From the IMG/VR virus record IMGVR_UViG_3300022602_000037: DNA of 64,000 nucleotides; one strand, 5' to 3'. The position numbers and the translations under genes were made by a program. This stretch comes from a virus. Positions 8,849 through 17,319 of the stretch are shown here, piece after piece; position 1 is the stretch's first letter; each line of letters begins with the position of its first letter. The notes below the pieces were generated by a model, which ran no database searches, was not told the DNA's origin, and saw only the letters and a list, made by a program, of their open reading frames with translations.

Positions 8849-9221
8849 TACTATAACTATAAGTACATTAGATACAAGTACATTTGGTAATATCACTGTT
8901 AGTAATAATACCGGATCAAGTTATTATCACGGTGGCGGTGCTAGCACAAGTACCGTGACTATTGGTGGTATAACTGGCTATACGCTTGGCTCAGGCCTAA
9001 CTAGTAGCGGTACCATTAGCGTTGCTCCATTGACTGTAGATCAAATAACCAGTTTTACATTACCGGTAGATTGGCAAGATCGTTTTCCAGATTGGGATAA
9101 AGTTAAAAAAATGTGTGAAGAATATCCCGGATTAAAAATAGCATTTGAAAAATTCCAAACAACTTACAAACTAGTAGTAGATCATTATGATACTCCAGAA
9201 GATAAAAGACCTAAGCCTTAA
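8802..9221 (+). CDS. Hypothetical protein, Thr/Ser/Gly-rich N-terminus
   Basis: Low-complexity N-terminus plus C-terminal MCEEYPGLKIAFEKF helix. Confidence 0.65.
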   Translation: MTTSSALPDYSITSSDTITISTLDTSTFGNITVSNNTGSSYYHGGGASTSTVTIGGITGYTLGSGLTSSGTISVAPLTVDQITSFTLPVDWQDRFPDWDKVKKMCEEYPGLKIAFEKFQTTYKLVVDHYDTPEDKRPKP

Positions 9222-9681
9222 TTGGTTAGAACAACATGATCGCAAACGTGTTATCATGGATCGTATATGCAACGAGCCATACCTTGAACGCTACTACATC
9301 TTTCTAAAAGATCGTAAACGTTTTCCCTTTAATATATTTTTACATAAATTCTTAAAAGGTGATCCAGACGATGTACATGATCATCCATGGCCATACGCTA
9401 CTTTAATTCTTAAAGGCGGCTACTATGAATGGATTCCGCAATTCAATGCCGACGGAACAAAATCGTGCGAAGTTAGGAAATGGCGAGGTCCGGGACACTT
9501 CCGTATTTGCAAACCAACAAGTTATCATCGTATTGAATTAAAAGAAGGTGTTACTGCATGGACATTGTTTATGCCAGGGCCACAACGCCGTGAATGGGGA
9601 TTCCTTGTTAATAACAAGTGGATCCACAATGATGAATATTTAACAGATAGAAAGAATGGCTTACTTCCCAACACCAATTAA
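9187..9681 (+). CDS. Cupin (double-stranded beta-helix) metalloprotein
   Basis: LHKF..GD.DDVHDHPW...ILKGGYYE...YHRI...WTLF..GP..REWGF gives His-x-His...Glu...His metal ligands. Confidence 0.7.
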   Translation: MILQKIKDLSLNWLEQHDRKRVIMDRICNEPYLERYYIFLKDRKRFPFNIFLHKFLKGDPDDVHDHPWPYATLILKGGYYEWIPQFNADGTKSCEVRKWRGPGHFRICKPTSYHRIELKEGVTAWTLFMPGPQRREWGFLVNNKWIHNDEYLTDRKNGLLPNTN

Positions 9682-10051
9682 CACATCAACAGCTAATCAC
9701 GCTGTTCCTGTTCCGACTAATACTACCGTACCAAATGGTGGTTACATAACATCGACTGGAACTAATACTGTCTGGACTACTGGTACTAGTGTCGCCAATC
9801 CTTATGACGCGGTAATGGTTTTCAACCAAGGTGACCCTCCTCAATTAGACGTTAAAGGTCGAATGGTTATTAATGGACGCGATTTAGAAGAACGGTTGAA
9901 TACAATAGAAAAAGTCTTGAATATTCCAGAAAGAGATGTTATACTAGAACATAAACATCCAAAGCTCAAAGAACTGTACGATGCGTACATAAATGCTTTG
10001 GGCAAATATAGAACATTTGAAGCAATTAAAGGAGATGAAGATGCAAGTTGA
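9656..10051 (+). CDS. Hypothetical protein
   Basis: Thr-rich N-terminus, DLEERLNTIEKVL coiled coil and KHPKLKELYDAY. Confidence 0.65.
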   Translation: MAYFPTPINTSTANHAVPVPTNTTVPNGGYITSTGTNTVWTTGTSVANPYDAVMVFNQGDPPQLDVKGRMVINGRDLEERLNTIEKVLNIPERDVILEHKHPKLKELYDAYINALGKYRTFEAIKGDEDAS

Positions 10052-10280
10052 ACAATTACACGAATCAGTTAAAGATACTTATAAAGAGATGGTTATTAAA
10101 GAACATGAAGGATTTCGCCTTGTGTTGAAAAAGCATGAAGTAATCAGTCCTAAAGGCCTATTTGCTCTCGATTTAGAACAACAACATTTGAAAGATGGCG
10201 AAATAGTTAACTCTTGTACTTACAATTTCTTTATGGATAAAGAAGAATTGCAAGTATTAGCCTCGGGTTTGACTGCATGA
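10041..10280 (+). CDS. Hypothetical protein
   Basis: AAGGAG RBS before ATG 10041; ATGA overlap with the next gene. Confidence 0.6.
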   Translation: MQVEQLHESVKDTYKEMVIKEHEGFRLVLKKHEVISPKGLFALDLEQQHLKDGEIVNSCTYNFFMDKEELQVLASGLTA

Positions 10281-10777
10281 AGAAACTATATTATAGTTGG
10301 GCAGACATTGAAGGTGCTTGTTTAGATCTTGCTAGACAAATTAGACAAGATAACTGGCAACCCGATTATATTGTAGGGATTGGACGCGGTGGATTGATCC
10401 CTGCCACATTGTTAAGCCATTATATGGATGTACCTATGCAAACTTTAGATGTAAGTTTGCGTGATGGTGGTACTACTATCAGTAATGCCGGTATGGCAGA
10501 TGATGCTTACGAAGGTAAAAACATTCTTATTGTAGATGATATTAATGATCAAGGCAGTACCATTGCATGGATTAAAAAAGATTGGCGTAAAATGTCTTTA
10601 CCTAGTGCTATACGTTGGGATAATGATATCTGGGGTAAGACTGTTCGATTTGCTGTATTAACAGATAACTTTGCTAGTAATAGCGAATCGGATTATCATG
10701 TTTGGGAAGTTAATAAAATAGAAGAAGATTGCTGGTTGGTTTATCCTTGGGAGGAGTATTGGAAATGGCGTCGTTAA
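10277..10777 (+). CDS. Type I purine phosphoribosyltransferase (Gpt/XGPRT-like)
   Basis: IVGIGRGGLIPA, PRPP loop ILIVDDINDQGST and terminal WLVYPWE. Confidence 0.9.
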   Translation: MKKLYYSWADIEGACLDLARQIRQDNWQPDYIVGIGRGGLIPATLLSHYMDVPMQTLDVSLRDGGTTISNAGMADDAYEGKNILIVDDINDQGSTIAWIKKDWRKMSLPSAIRWDNDIWGKTVRFAVLTDNFASNSESDYHVWEVNKIEEDCWLVYPWEEYWKWRR

Positions 10778-10965
10778 CAGGAAGTATCGTTAAACTTATC
10801 TTTGGTATTGCATTAATATTAATTGCAGTTATATTTGGTCCAATAGTGGGTATTTGGAGTTTGAACACTTTGTTCCCAGTGTTAAATATTCCATTTACTT
10901 GGCAGACTTGGTTAGCCTTTAATTGTTTATTTGGTGGCACTATTGCTAGTAGGTTAAAAAAATGA
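10765..10965 (+). CDS. Small membrane protein
   Basis: Two hydrophobic segments; GGAGG upstream. Confidence 0.6.
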   Translation: MASLTGSIVKLIFGIALILIAVIFGPIVGIWSLNTLFPVLNIPFTWQTWLAFNCLFGGTIASRLKK

Positions 10966-11141
10966 GTTTGACTGTACAAGAAATCAAAGAAAAAATCGAT
11001 ATGGTTAATAAAGATATTGAAAACCTTCGATCCGATGTAGGTAATGATCGTAAAATATCTATACTAGTCGACTATATCGATTACTTAAAAGACGAATTGA
11101 AAGAGGCTCAAATTGCAGAACGATCTCATAAAGGCACTTGA
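10962..11141 (+). CDS. Small coiled-coil hypothetical protein (not in ORF track)
   Basis: Translated by hand: MSLTVQEIKEKIDMVNKDIENLRSDVGNDRKISILVDYIDYLKDELKEAQIAERSHKGT (59 aa). ATGA overlap with the upstream gene; it fills the apparent gap. Confidence 0.6.
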   Translation: MSLTVQEIKEKIDMVNKDIENLRSDVGNDRKISILVDYIDYLKDELKEAQIAERSHKGT

Positions 11142-11487
11142 TGAAAAAAGAGCACCATGGACAGAAATTGAATACAGAACTAAAGAGTTCTGGGTCTTCC
11201 GAGATGCATTTCCGGTTACCCAAGGGCATTTGTTATTTGTGCCTACCTACGAAAAATCTGAAAACTTATACGAGTGCTACAAGGCCGCATACAAATTTGG
11301 CTATGAAGGAGTTGAAACAGAAAAATGGGATGGGTTCAACATCGGACAAAATGTTGGGCAGACTGCTGGCCAAACAGTAATGTATCCTCATGTACATATG
11401 ATTCCAAGACGAAAAGGAGATATGGAAGATCCACGCGGTGGAGTTCGGCATGTTATTCCGTCAAAAGGAAATTATGAAAGAACTTAA
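11113..11487 (+). CDS. HIT-family nucleotide hydrolase
   Basis: DAFPVTQGHLLFVP, GFNIGQNVG..AGQTV and the histidine triad HVHMIPR. Confidence 0.92.
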   Translation: MQNDLIKALDEKRAPWTEIEYRTKEFWVFRDAFPVTQGHLLFVPTYEKSENLYECYKAAYKFGYEGVETEKWDGFNIGQNVGQTAGQTVMYPHVHMIPRRKGDMEDPRGGVRHVIPSKGNYERT

Positions 11488-11686
11488 TTCTGTTTGGGAA
11501 ATTAGATTAAACTGGTATAATCAAGACAAGTATTGGTGGAACCAAGTTTGTGCAGATGTAGTTGAAGTATTTGGCCTTCCTGGAGACAGATTCACTAGTC
11601 ATCCACATGAAGACTGTATGTTGTTTCGATTCAGATCAAAAAAAGATTATAATTTATGCAAAATTCTACTATCAGACAAAATTTAG
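11474..11686 (+). CDS. Hypothetical protein
   Basis: AAAGGA RBS; WWNQVCADVVEVFGLPGDRF. Confidence 0.6.
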   Translation: MKELNSVWEIRLNWYNQDKYWWNQVCADVVEVFGLPGDRFTSHPHEDCMLFRFRSKKDYNLCKILLSDKI

Positions 11687-11874
11687 ATTTTATATTTGTT
11701 ATATTGGCAAGCCTAGCATTTATAGGATTTGTCCTGTATATGGCTATACACTATCCACATGTAACAGTTCGATATGATTGTTCAATATCTGAGATTTCAC
11801 CCGATTATCCTATTCAAGTTAAAGAAGCATGTAGACAACTTCGAGCAGGAAATATCTTGCTATCGCCTAAATAA
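11656..11874 (+). CDS. Small membrane-anchored hypothetical protein
   Basis: One TM helix, then YDCSISEISPDYP..VKEACR. Confidence 0.6.
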   Translation: MQNSTIRQNLDFIFVILASLAFIGFVLYMAIHYPHVTVRYDCSISEISPDYPIQVKEACRQLRAGNILLSPK

Positions 11875-11885
11875 ACCTATATAAT
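11857..11885 (+). promoter_or_regulatory. sigma70-type promoter for folE-queE
   Basis: TTGCTA (11857-11862), 17-nt spacer, TATAAT (11880-11885); AGGAG RBS before folE. Confidence 0.6.
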
Positions 11886-11903
11886 ACTAACATAGGAGTA
11901 ATA

Positions 11904-12674
11904 ATGACTGAATCTAGAACATACGAACACGAAAATATTCTTGCTGGCGCAGAACAGCAAGACGATGATGACAAAAATTATAAAGAATGTAATCTAGCGG
12001 ATGTTATCCGCTTTCAAATGAAACGACGAGGCAAGCGTTTTTGGGCCGGTGACAACATTAGCGAGTTTGTCGACGAAGAACAAAAAGAAGTCTTAATCGA
12101 AGAAGCTACTAAGGCTTTTGAAAAAGTTTTAGATGCATTGCTGATTGATCGCGAAACAGATCCTAATAGCAAAGGCACTGCCAGACGTCTTGCTAAAATG
12201 TATTTTAATGAAATAATGAGTGGTAGATATGACCCAGCACCAGACGCAACAGCATTTCCAAATGATTCGGCGGACCGCTACGAAGGTATGTTGGTTGTCC
12301 GCAGTGAGCTTCGCAGTATGTGTAGCCATCATCACCAACCCGTTACTGGCGTTGCTTATATTGGTATTATTGCGGCTGAGAAACTTATCGGCTTATCAAA
12401 GTACACAAGAATCGCACAGTGGTGTGCCCGACGTGGTACTCTCCAGGAGGAACTTTGTAATGACATTGCTAGGGAAATCCAAAAAGCAACAGAAGCAAGA
12501 GATTTAGGTGTGTATATTCAAATGACACACGGATGCTGTGAGAATCGTGGTATTATGGCCAAGAGTAGTTTGACACAAACTACAGTACTCAAAGGTGCGT
12601 TCAAAGACGACCACGGTACAAAGAAAGAATTTTTTGATAACATTAAAATGCAACAGGAATACGCTTCCAAATGA
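11904..12674 (+). CDS. folE: GTP cyclohydrolase I
   Basis: TARRLAKMY, SMCSHHHQP, IGLSKYTR, LQEEL and HGCCENRG. Confidence 0.97.
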   Translation: MTESRTYEHENILAGAEQQDDDDKNYKECNLADVIRFQMKRRGKRFWAGDNISEFVDEEQKEVLIEEATKAFEKVLDALLIDRETDPNSKGTARRLAKMYFNEIMSGRYDPAPDATAFPNDSADRYEGMLVVRSELRSMCSHHHQPVTGVAYIGIIAAEKLIGLSKYTRIAQWCARRGTLQEELCNDIAREIQKATEARDLGVYIQMTHGCCENRGIMAKSSLTQTTVLKGAFKDDHGTKKEFFDNIKMQQEYASK

Positions 12675-12877
12675 TCAAAAAAGTATTTGCGAGAATACTA
12701 AGTGAAGCGTTATACTACTTAGGACATTGGATTAGTTTTCCAATGCACTACTGCGATTGGGCATGGTTGTACCCTACTTATAGTAGAATAATGTGCTGGA
12801 GCAGTGATGTCCAGGAGTGGGCGGGGAATGAATTACCTTGGAGGAAAATTGATGACGAAGACAGCACAGCAAATTAG
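12671..12877 (+). CDS. Hypothetical Trp-rich protein
   Basis: ATGA-coupled to folE. Confidence 0.55.
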   Translation: MIKKVFARILSEALYYLGHWISFPMHYCDWAWLYPTYSRIMCWSSDVQEWAGNELPWRKIDDEDSTAN

Positions 12878-13085
12878 TGATGAACTAATTTATCGTATGA
12901 AAACTACAAGCCTAAATAAGTTTGAGATTAAAAGAGAAGTTGGCCCTAACTGGTTGCCTGACGGAACTATTCCGTTTGATATTCGTGCTACTAAAGGCAT
13001 TGCTATTTTTACAGTATGGGCAGAAAGTGTTCAAGACGCAGAAGATCAAGTATCACAATTTTTAGAAAAAGACGAAGATGAGTAA
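12852..13085 (+). CDS. Hypothetical protein
   Basis: GGAGG RBS; overlaps the queE start. Confidence 0.6.
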   Translation: MTKTAQQISDELIYRMKTTSLNKFEIKREVGPNWLPDGTIPFDIRATKGIAIFTVWAESVQDAEDQVSQFLEKDEDE

Positions 13086-13935
13086 AATTAAAATCGCAGA
13101 ATTATTTTATAGTATACAAGGCGAAGGACGGTACATGGGCGTTCCTAGCGTGTTCCTTAGAACTTTCGGCTGTAATTTCCGCTGTGCGGGCTTTGGTATG
13201 CCACGCGGTGAACTGAGTACAGAAGCTGAAGACATTGCTACAGTAGTACATCTATATAACAAATATGAAGAACTTCCTTTGGTTAGTACAGGGTGTGATA
13301 GTTATGCTAGCTGGCATCCTAGTTTTAAAGATCTTAGTCCAATGCTTACTACAGGTGCCATAGCAGATCGTATTATGGAAATTCTTCCATATCATCAATG
13401 GCAAGACGAACATTTAGTTATTACAGGCGGAGAACCGTTGTTAGGTTGGCAACGTGCTTATCCTGACTTGTTAGATCATCCTAATATGCAGTCATTGAAA
13501 GAATTGACATTTGAAACAAACGGAACTCAAACGTTAACCGATGATTTTCAAAGGTATTTGTTAAACTGGCAAAAAAGCGAAGGACAGTTATATGCCAGAG
13601 ATGTTACATTTAGTGTTAGTGCTAAGTTAAGTAATAGTGGCGAAAAACGTGAAGATGCTATTCGCCCAGATGTATTGCTACAATATCAAGATGTAGGTTA
13701 TACATATCTTAAATTTGTAGTAGCAACAGAAGATGATGCATATGAAGCTATCGAAGTTATGGACATTTACAGACTTGCAGGATTTACAGGCGCAGTTTAT
13801 CTAATGCCAGTCGGCGGTGTCGAAAGTGTCTATGCATTAAACAATCGTCGTGTAGCAGAATTGGCTATGAAGGCAGGCTTACGCTACAGTGATCGACTAC
13901 AAGTGCCTTTATTTAAAAACGAATGGGGTACTTAA
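13078..13935 (+). CDS. queE: 7-carboxy-7-deazaguanine synthase (radical SAM)
   Basis: ELFYSIQGEG, VFLRTFGCNFRC...GCDS, VITGGEPLL, ETNGT, SVSAKL, LKFVV and YSDRLQV. Confidence 0.93.
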   Translation: MSKIKIAELFYSIQGEGRYMGVPSVFLRTFGCNFRCAGFGMPRGELSTEAEDIATVVHLYNKYEELPLVSTGCDSYASWHPSFKDLSPMLTTGAIADRIMEILPYHQWQDEHLVITGGEPLLGWQRAYPDLLDHPNMQSLKELTFETNGTQTLTDDFQRYLLNWQKSEGQLYARDVTFSVSAKLSNSGEKREDAIRPDVLLQYQDVGYTYLKFVVATEDDAYEAIEVMDIYRLAGFTGAVYLMPVGGVESVYALNNRRVAELAMKAGLRYSDRLQVPLFKNEWGT

Positions 13936-13936
13936 C

Positions 13937-14098
13937 ATGTTCTTTTATGCTTGCATTATTATTGGTTGGATACTATTAGTATTACTAGTTTTACTTTTTT
14001 TAAAAGGCGCTAGTTTTACCAATAGTGCTTGCACTGGTAATTGTAGGCAAGGAAGAGACTGTACTTGTATGGAACCAAAAAATGAAAAAATTGATTAA
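13937..14098 (+). CDS. Small membrane protein with Cys-rich tail
   Basis: TM helix plus CTGNCRQGRDCTC. Confidence 0.55.
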   Translation: MFFYACIIIGWILLVLLVLLFLKGASFTNSACTGNCRQGRDCTCMEPKNEKID

Positions 14099-14534
14099 AC
14101 GACTTTTAGGTATTGATAAGTTAGAAGAAAACTTAGCATTACTTAAACAAATGGAAGCAGATGCACTAGCACGTACCGCAGAAGCTCAAAATGCTGAAAA
14201 AGATGCAGTAGAATCTGAACGCATTGCCAAATTAACTCCCAAAGAACGTGCAACAATACGTGGCGAACCTTGGGTTAGTGTGTTGGATACACATGTAAAC
14301 AAGGAAAACATTCGTAATGGATTCTTTGAGCTTGACTGGAACCCAGAGTTTATAGTACAATTAAAGGCAGCTGGTTATGGTTTTGAAGGCGATCCTGAAG
14401 AAGAAATTGTTGATCGTTGGTTTAGAGATTTGGCCGCAAACATGCTAGCAGAGGCAGGACAGGATCCTAGTAGATCAAGTGCTGGTTTTATTAATGTAAG
14501 TAAATTAGGCGGCGGAAGAGCCGAGGTTCAATGA
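14082..14534 (+). CDS. Hypothetical phage protein
   Basis: KERATIRGEPWVSVL...GFFELDWN...IVDRWF. Confidence 0.75.
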   Translation: MKKLIKRLLGIDKLEENLALLKQMEADALARTAEAQNAEKDAVESERIAKLTPKERATIRGEPWVSVLDTHVNKENIRNGFFELDWNPEFIVQLKAAGYGFEGDPEEEIVDRWFRDLAANMLAEAGQDPSRSSAGFINVSKLGGGRAEVQ

Positions 14535-15523
14535 CATATATTGTAGTCGATACTGCTAATACGTTTTTTCGTGCTAGACATGTAGTACAAGGTAGTGCTG
14601 ATATTAAACTTGGCATGGCATTTCATATTACTTTTAACAGTATTAAGAAAGCATGGCAAGACTTTGGAGGCACACATGTAGTATTCTGTCTCGAAGGTCG
14701 TAGCTGGCGTAAAGATGTTTATAAGCCATACAAAGCTAATAGGCAAGAAACTCGTGCGGCTATGACACAAAAAGAACAAGATGAAGATAAATTGTTCTGG
14801 GAAGCATTTGACGAATTTAAAAATTTCATTACAGAAAAGACTAACTGTACTGTAATGCGTCATGAAAACTTAGAAGCAGATGACTTGATTGCAGGTTGGA
14901 TACAAGCACATCCAGATGCAAAACATGTTATTATTTCGACAGATGGCGATTTTGCACAGCTAATCGGCCCTAATGTAAGTCAATATAACGGTGTAGGTGA
15001 CTTACATATTACACACGAAGGAATATTTGATGCGAAAGGTAAACCAGTTAAAGACAAAAAGACGGGAGAGCCTAAGCCTGCACAAGATCCAGAATGGATG
15101 CTATTCGAAAAATGTATGCGAGGCGACACATCCGACAATGTGTTTTCGGCTTACCCGGGAGTTCGTACGAAAGGGTCAAAGAATAAAGTTGGTCTCATGG
15201 AGGCATTTCAAGATCGTAAGACTCGCGGATATAATTGGAACAATCTAATGTTGCAACGTTGGGTCGACCATAATGGCGTCGAACACAGAGTCCTAGAAGA
15301 TTATCAACGCAATGTACAGTTGTGCGACTTAACAGCACAGCCTGAAGACATTAAGAATAAAATTAAAGAAACAATCAAAACTAACGCGGTGCCAAAAGAA
15401 GTTAGTCAAGTAGGTATTCGTATGCTCAAGTTCTGCAATGCTTGGGATATGAAAAAGATTGCTGATAACATTCAGCAGTATGCAGAGCCATTTCAGGCAA
15501 AATATCAAGGAGAAATTAAATGA
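14531..15523 (+). CDS. rnh: 5'-3' exonuclease / RNase H (T4 Rnh, FEN superfamily)
   Basis: VDTANTFFRA, SWRKDVYKPYKANR, EADD, STDGDF.QL and RGDTSDNV. Confidence 0.92.
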   Translation: MTYIVVDTANTFFRARHVVQGSADIKLGMAFHITFNSIKKAWQDFGGTHVVFCLEGRSWRKDVYKPYKANRQETRAAMTQKEQDEDKLFWEAFDEFKNFITEKTNCTVMRHENLEADDLIAGWIQAHPDAKHVIISTDGDFAQLIGPNVSQYNGVGDLHITHEGIFDAKGKPVKDKKTGEPKPAQDPEWMLFEKCMRGDTSDNVFSAYPGVRTKGSKNKVGLMEAFQDRKTRGYNWNNLMLQRWVDHNGVEHRVLEDYQRNVQLCDLTAQPEDIKNKIKETIKTNAVPKEVSQVGIRMLKFCNAWDMKKIADNIQQYAEPFQAKYQGEIK

Positions 15524-15714
15524 GTGCAATTACAGATAAACTAGTTAAGGCTAACGAGTCATTTACAATCAATCGTTACGACAATGGATTTATGATTGAA
15601 GTCGGCGGACGTGATGACAACGACGATTGGAAAAATGCTAAAGTTATTGTTGGTACAGAAGAAGAACTGATTGACGCTATCAAAGAAGCATTGTCTTTAC
15701 CATTAGCAGAATAA
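15520..15714 (+). CDS. Hypothetical protein
   Basis: AAGGAG RBS; ATGA overlap. Confidence 0.7.
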   Translation: MSAITDKLVKANESFTINRYDNGFMIEVGGRDDNDDWKNAKVIVGTEEELIDAIKEALSLPLAE

Positions 15715-15724
15715 GGGGATAAAC

Positions 15725-16228
15725 ATGGCAACATGGACCGTTAGCACACATTATAAAAAATCTTGTCAAGAAGTTGAATTTTGGGTTCGACGTGAAGGCG
15801 AAGGTAAAATTATCACTACTAACGGTTTCCGTTATGGTGAATGGACTGTAGAAACTACAGACGACAATCCTCCAGAGTTTGAGTTTACTTTTGTTCCCGG
15901 AGGCGATGGCAAGAAAGACAGCATCAATATGCTAGACTGTGAAGTTAATAATATTGAAAGTGTTGAACTTGTTGAAATGTTTGACGGCGGTTGCTGGTAT
16001 GATACTGAGTTTGTAGATCTTACTGAAGAAGAGGAAGATGAGCTTCAAGAGTTCATTGATGAAAACAGCATCTACGATTTAGAGGATCGTGACGAAGACG
16101 GTTGGTATCAAGATGAAACTGAATGGTGGATCTGGGGACCAATTGAAATTAAAAACGAAGCTGGTGAAACAGTACGCATTATCTGTGCAGATGCCGAGGG
16201 TAATGTAGTAGATTTTGTCGAAGAATGA
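15725..16228 (+). CDS. Highly acidic hypothetical protein
   Basis: About 47 D/E versus about 11 K/R in 167 aa (hand count). Confidence 0.75.
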   Translation: MATWTVSTHYKKSCQEVEFWVRREGEGKIITTNGFRYGEWTVETTDDNPPEFEFTFVPGGDGKKDSINMLDCEVNNIESVELVEMFDGGCWYDTEFVDLTEEEEDELQEFIDENSIYDLEDRDEDGWYQDETEWWIWGPIEIKNEAGETVRIICADAEGNVVDFVEE

Positions 16229-16230
16229 GA

Positions 16231-16238
16231 GATAAATA
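16231..16238 (+). promoter_or_regulatory. Putative late promoter (T4 TATAAATA-like)
   Basis: GATAAATA in an intergenic gap; the same octamer occurs at 17000, 29042(-) and 33261(-). Confidence 0.5.
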
Positions 16239-16289
16239 CATACATTACTCGGGTGCCGCCAGGGCCTTTGTAATACTAAGGAGAAAAAT

Positions 16290-16769
16290 ATGACCGAAAT
16301 ATATGCCAAGCCTATTGTGGATGGTAAGTTTTGGATTGTAGAGCAAGATGGCTCTAAAATCGCAACGCTACACAAAAAAGAAAATAACAAATTTGTACTT
16401 TCTAGTACACAAGGTGAAGTTATGTTTAATCGAAAACAAGACCTCACAAAACAATTTGGTGAAGGGTTCTTCCTCAATAGCAACAAAGTAAAAATCACAC
16501 AATCGGACCCTTACGAATGCCACGGTTTTGCCACTAGTGTCAAACCTTATAATAGTATGTATGATGTAAGACGTCGTTTGCCATTGTTTACAAAAAGTAA
16601 TCAAAGTAAAAGTCTATACTGTGCAGGTTACTATATTATAAAATTTAACAAAGGATGGGTTAAAAGTTTTTGCCCTAAGGTTATTACATTAGAACGTAAT
16701 CCCTATCGAGGGCCTTTTAAGACCGAAATCGAAATGAAACAGGTACTTGCCAATGCAAAATCCGATTAA
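16290..16769 (+). CDS. Hypothetical phage protein
   Basis: AAGGAG RBS; AKPIVDGKFWIVE...SLYCAGYY...SFCPK. Confidence 0.8.
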   Translation: MTEIYAKPIVDGKFWIVEQDGSKIATLHKKENNKFVLSSTQGEVMFNRKQDLTKQFGEGFFLNSNKVKITQSDPYECHGFATSVKPYNSMYDVRRRLPLFTKSNQSKSLYCAGYYIIKFNKGWVKSFCPKVITLERNPYRGPFKTEIEMKQVLANAKSD

Positions 16770-16998
16770 TTTATCACCTATCACACAATTTGCTCAACTG
16801 GTACGTGCCGCTGAACTTAGCCAAAGTAAAGAAGTCAAAATACCCATTCAACAGGCTAGGCTTATGAATCTAGCCTTTGTTGAGCTAATGGAACAGGTAA
16901 AACAAGACTACGAAAGTATGTTTAATCAATTAAAACAAAGCATTACAACTGAAGTAGTTAATGTAGAAATGGATGGCGGTGGTTTTGAAGACAAATAA
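16753..16998 (+). CDS. Hypothetical protein
   Basis: Helical ORF ending VEMDGGGF. Confidence 0.7.
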   Translation: MQNPINLSPITQFAQLVRAAELSQSKEVKIPIQQARLMNLAFVELMEQVKQDYESMFNQLKQSITTEVVNVEMDGGGFEDK

Positions 16999-16999
16999 T

Positions 17000-17007
17000 G
17001 ATAAATA
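17000..17007 (+). promoter_or_regulatory. Putative late promoter
   Basis: GATAAATA 27 nt upstream of ATG 17035. Confidence 0.5.
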
Positions 17008-17034
17008 TATGCGTACATTATCGGGGCGCATATT

Positions 17035-17319
17035 ATGTCAAGACCAAAGCCAAAAATTCTATTAGAGAGCATTAATAAAAAAACCTATAAAGCCGAACAA
17101 ATATTAGAAGCTGAAGCTATATGGGCAGTATTTTATAAAAACGAGCCTTTTAATCTAAAGAGCTTTAACAGCCTCACGAGTTATCCCGGACCAAAATATA
17201 AAAAAGTTTCTTTTTCAAATCCTGGCCATGCACATAATTTGGCAAAGAAATTAAATCAGACTTTCAATACAGAGGATTTCCAGGTTGTTATGCTTACACA
17301 AGGCACTATTATAAAATGA
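17035..17319 (+). CDS. Hypothetical basic protein
   Basis: MSRPKP...PGPKYKKVSFSNPGHA. Confidence 0.8.
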   Translation: MSRPKPKILLESINKKTYKAEQILEAEAIWAVFYKNEPFNLKSFNSLTSYPGPKYKKVSFSNPGHAHNLAKKLNQTFNTEDFQVVMLTQGTIIK

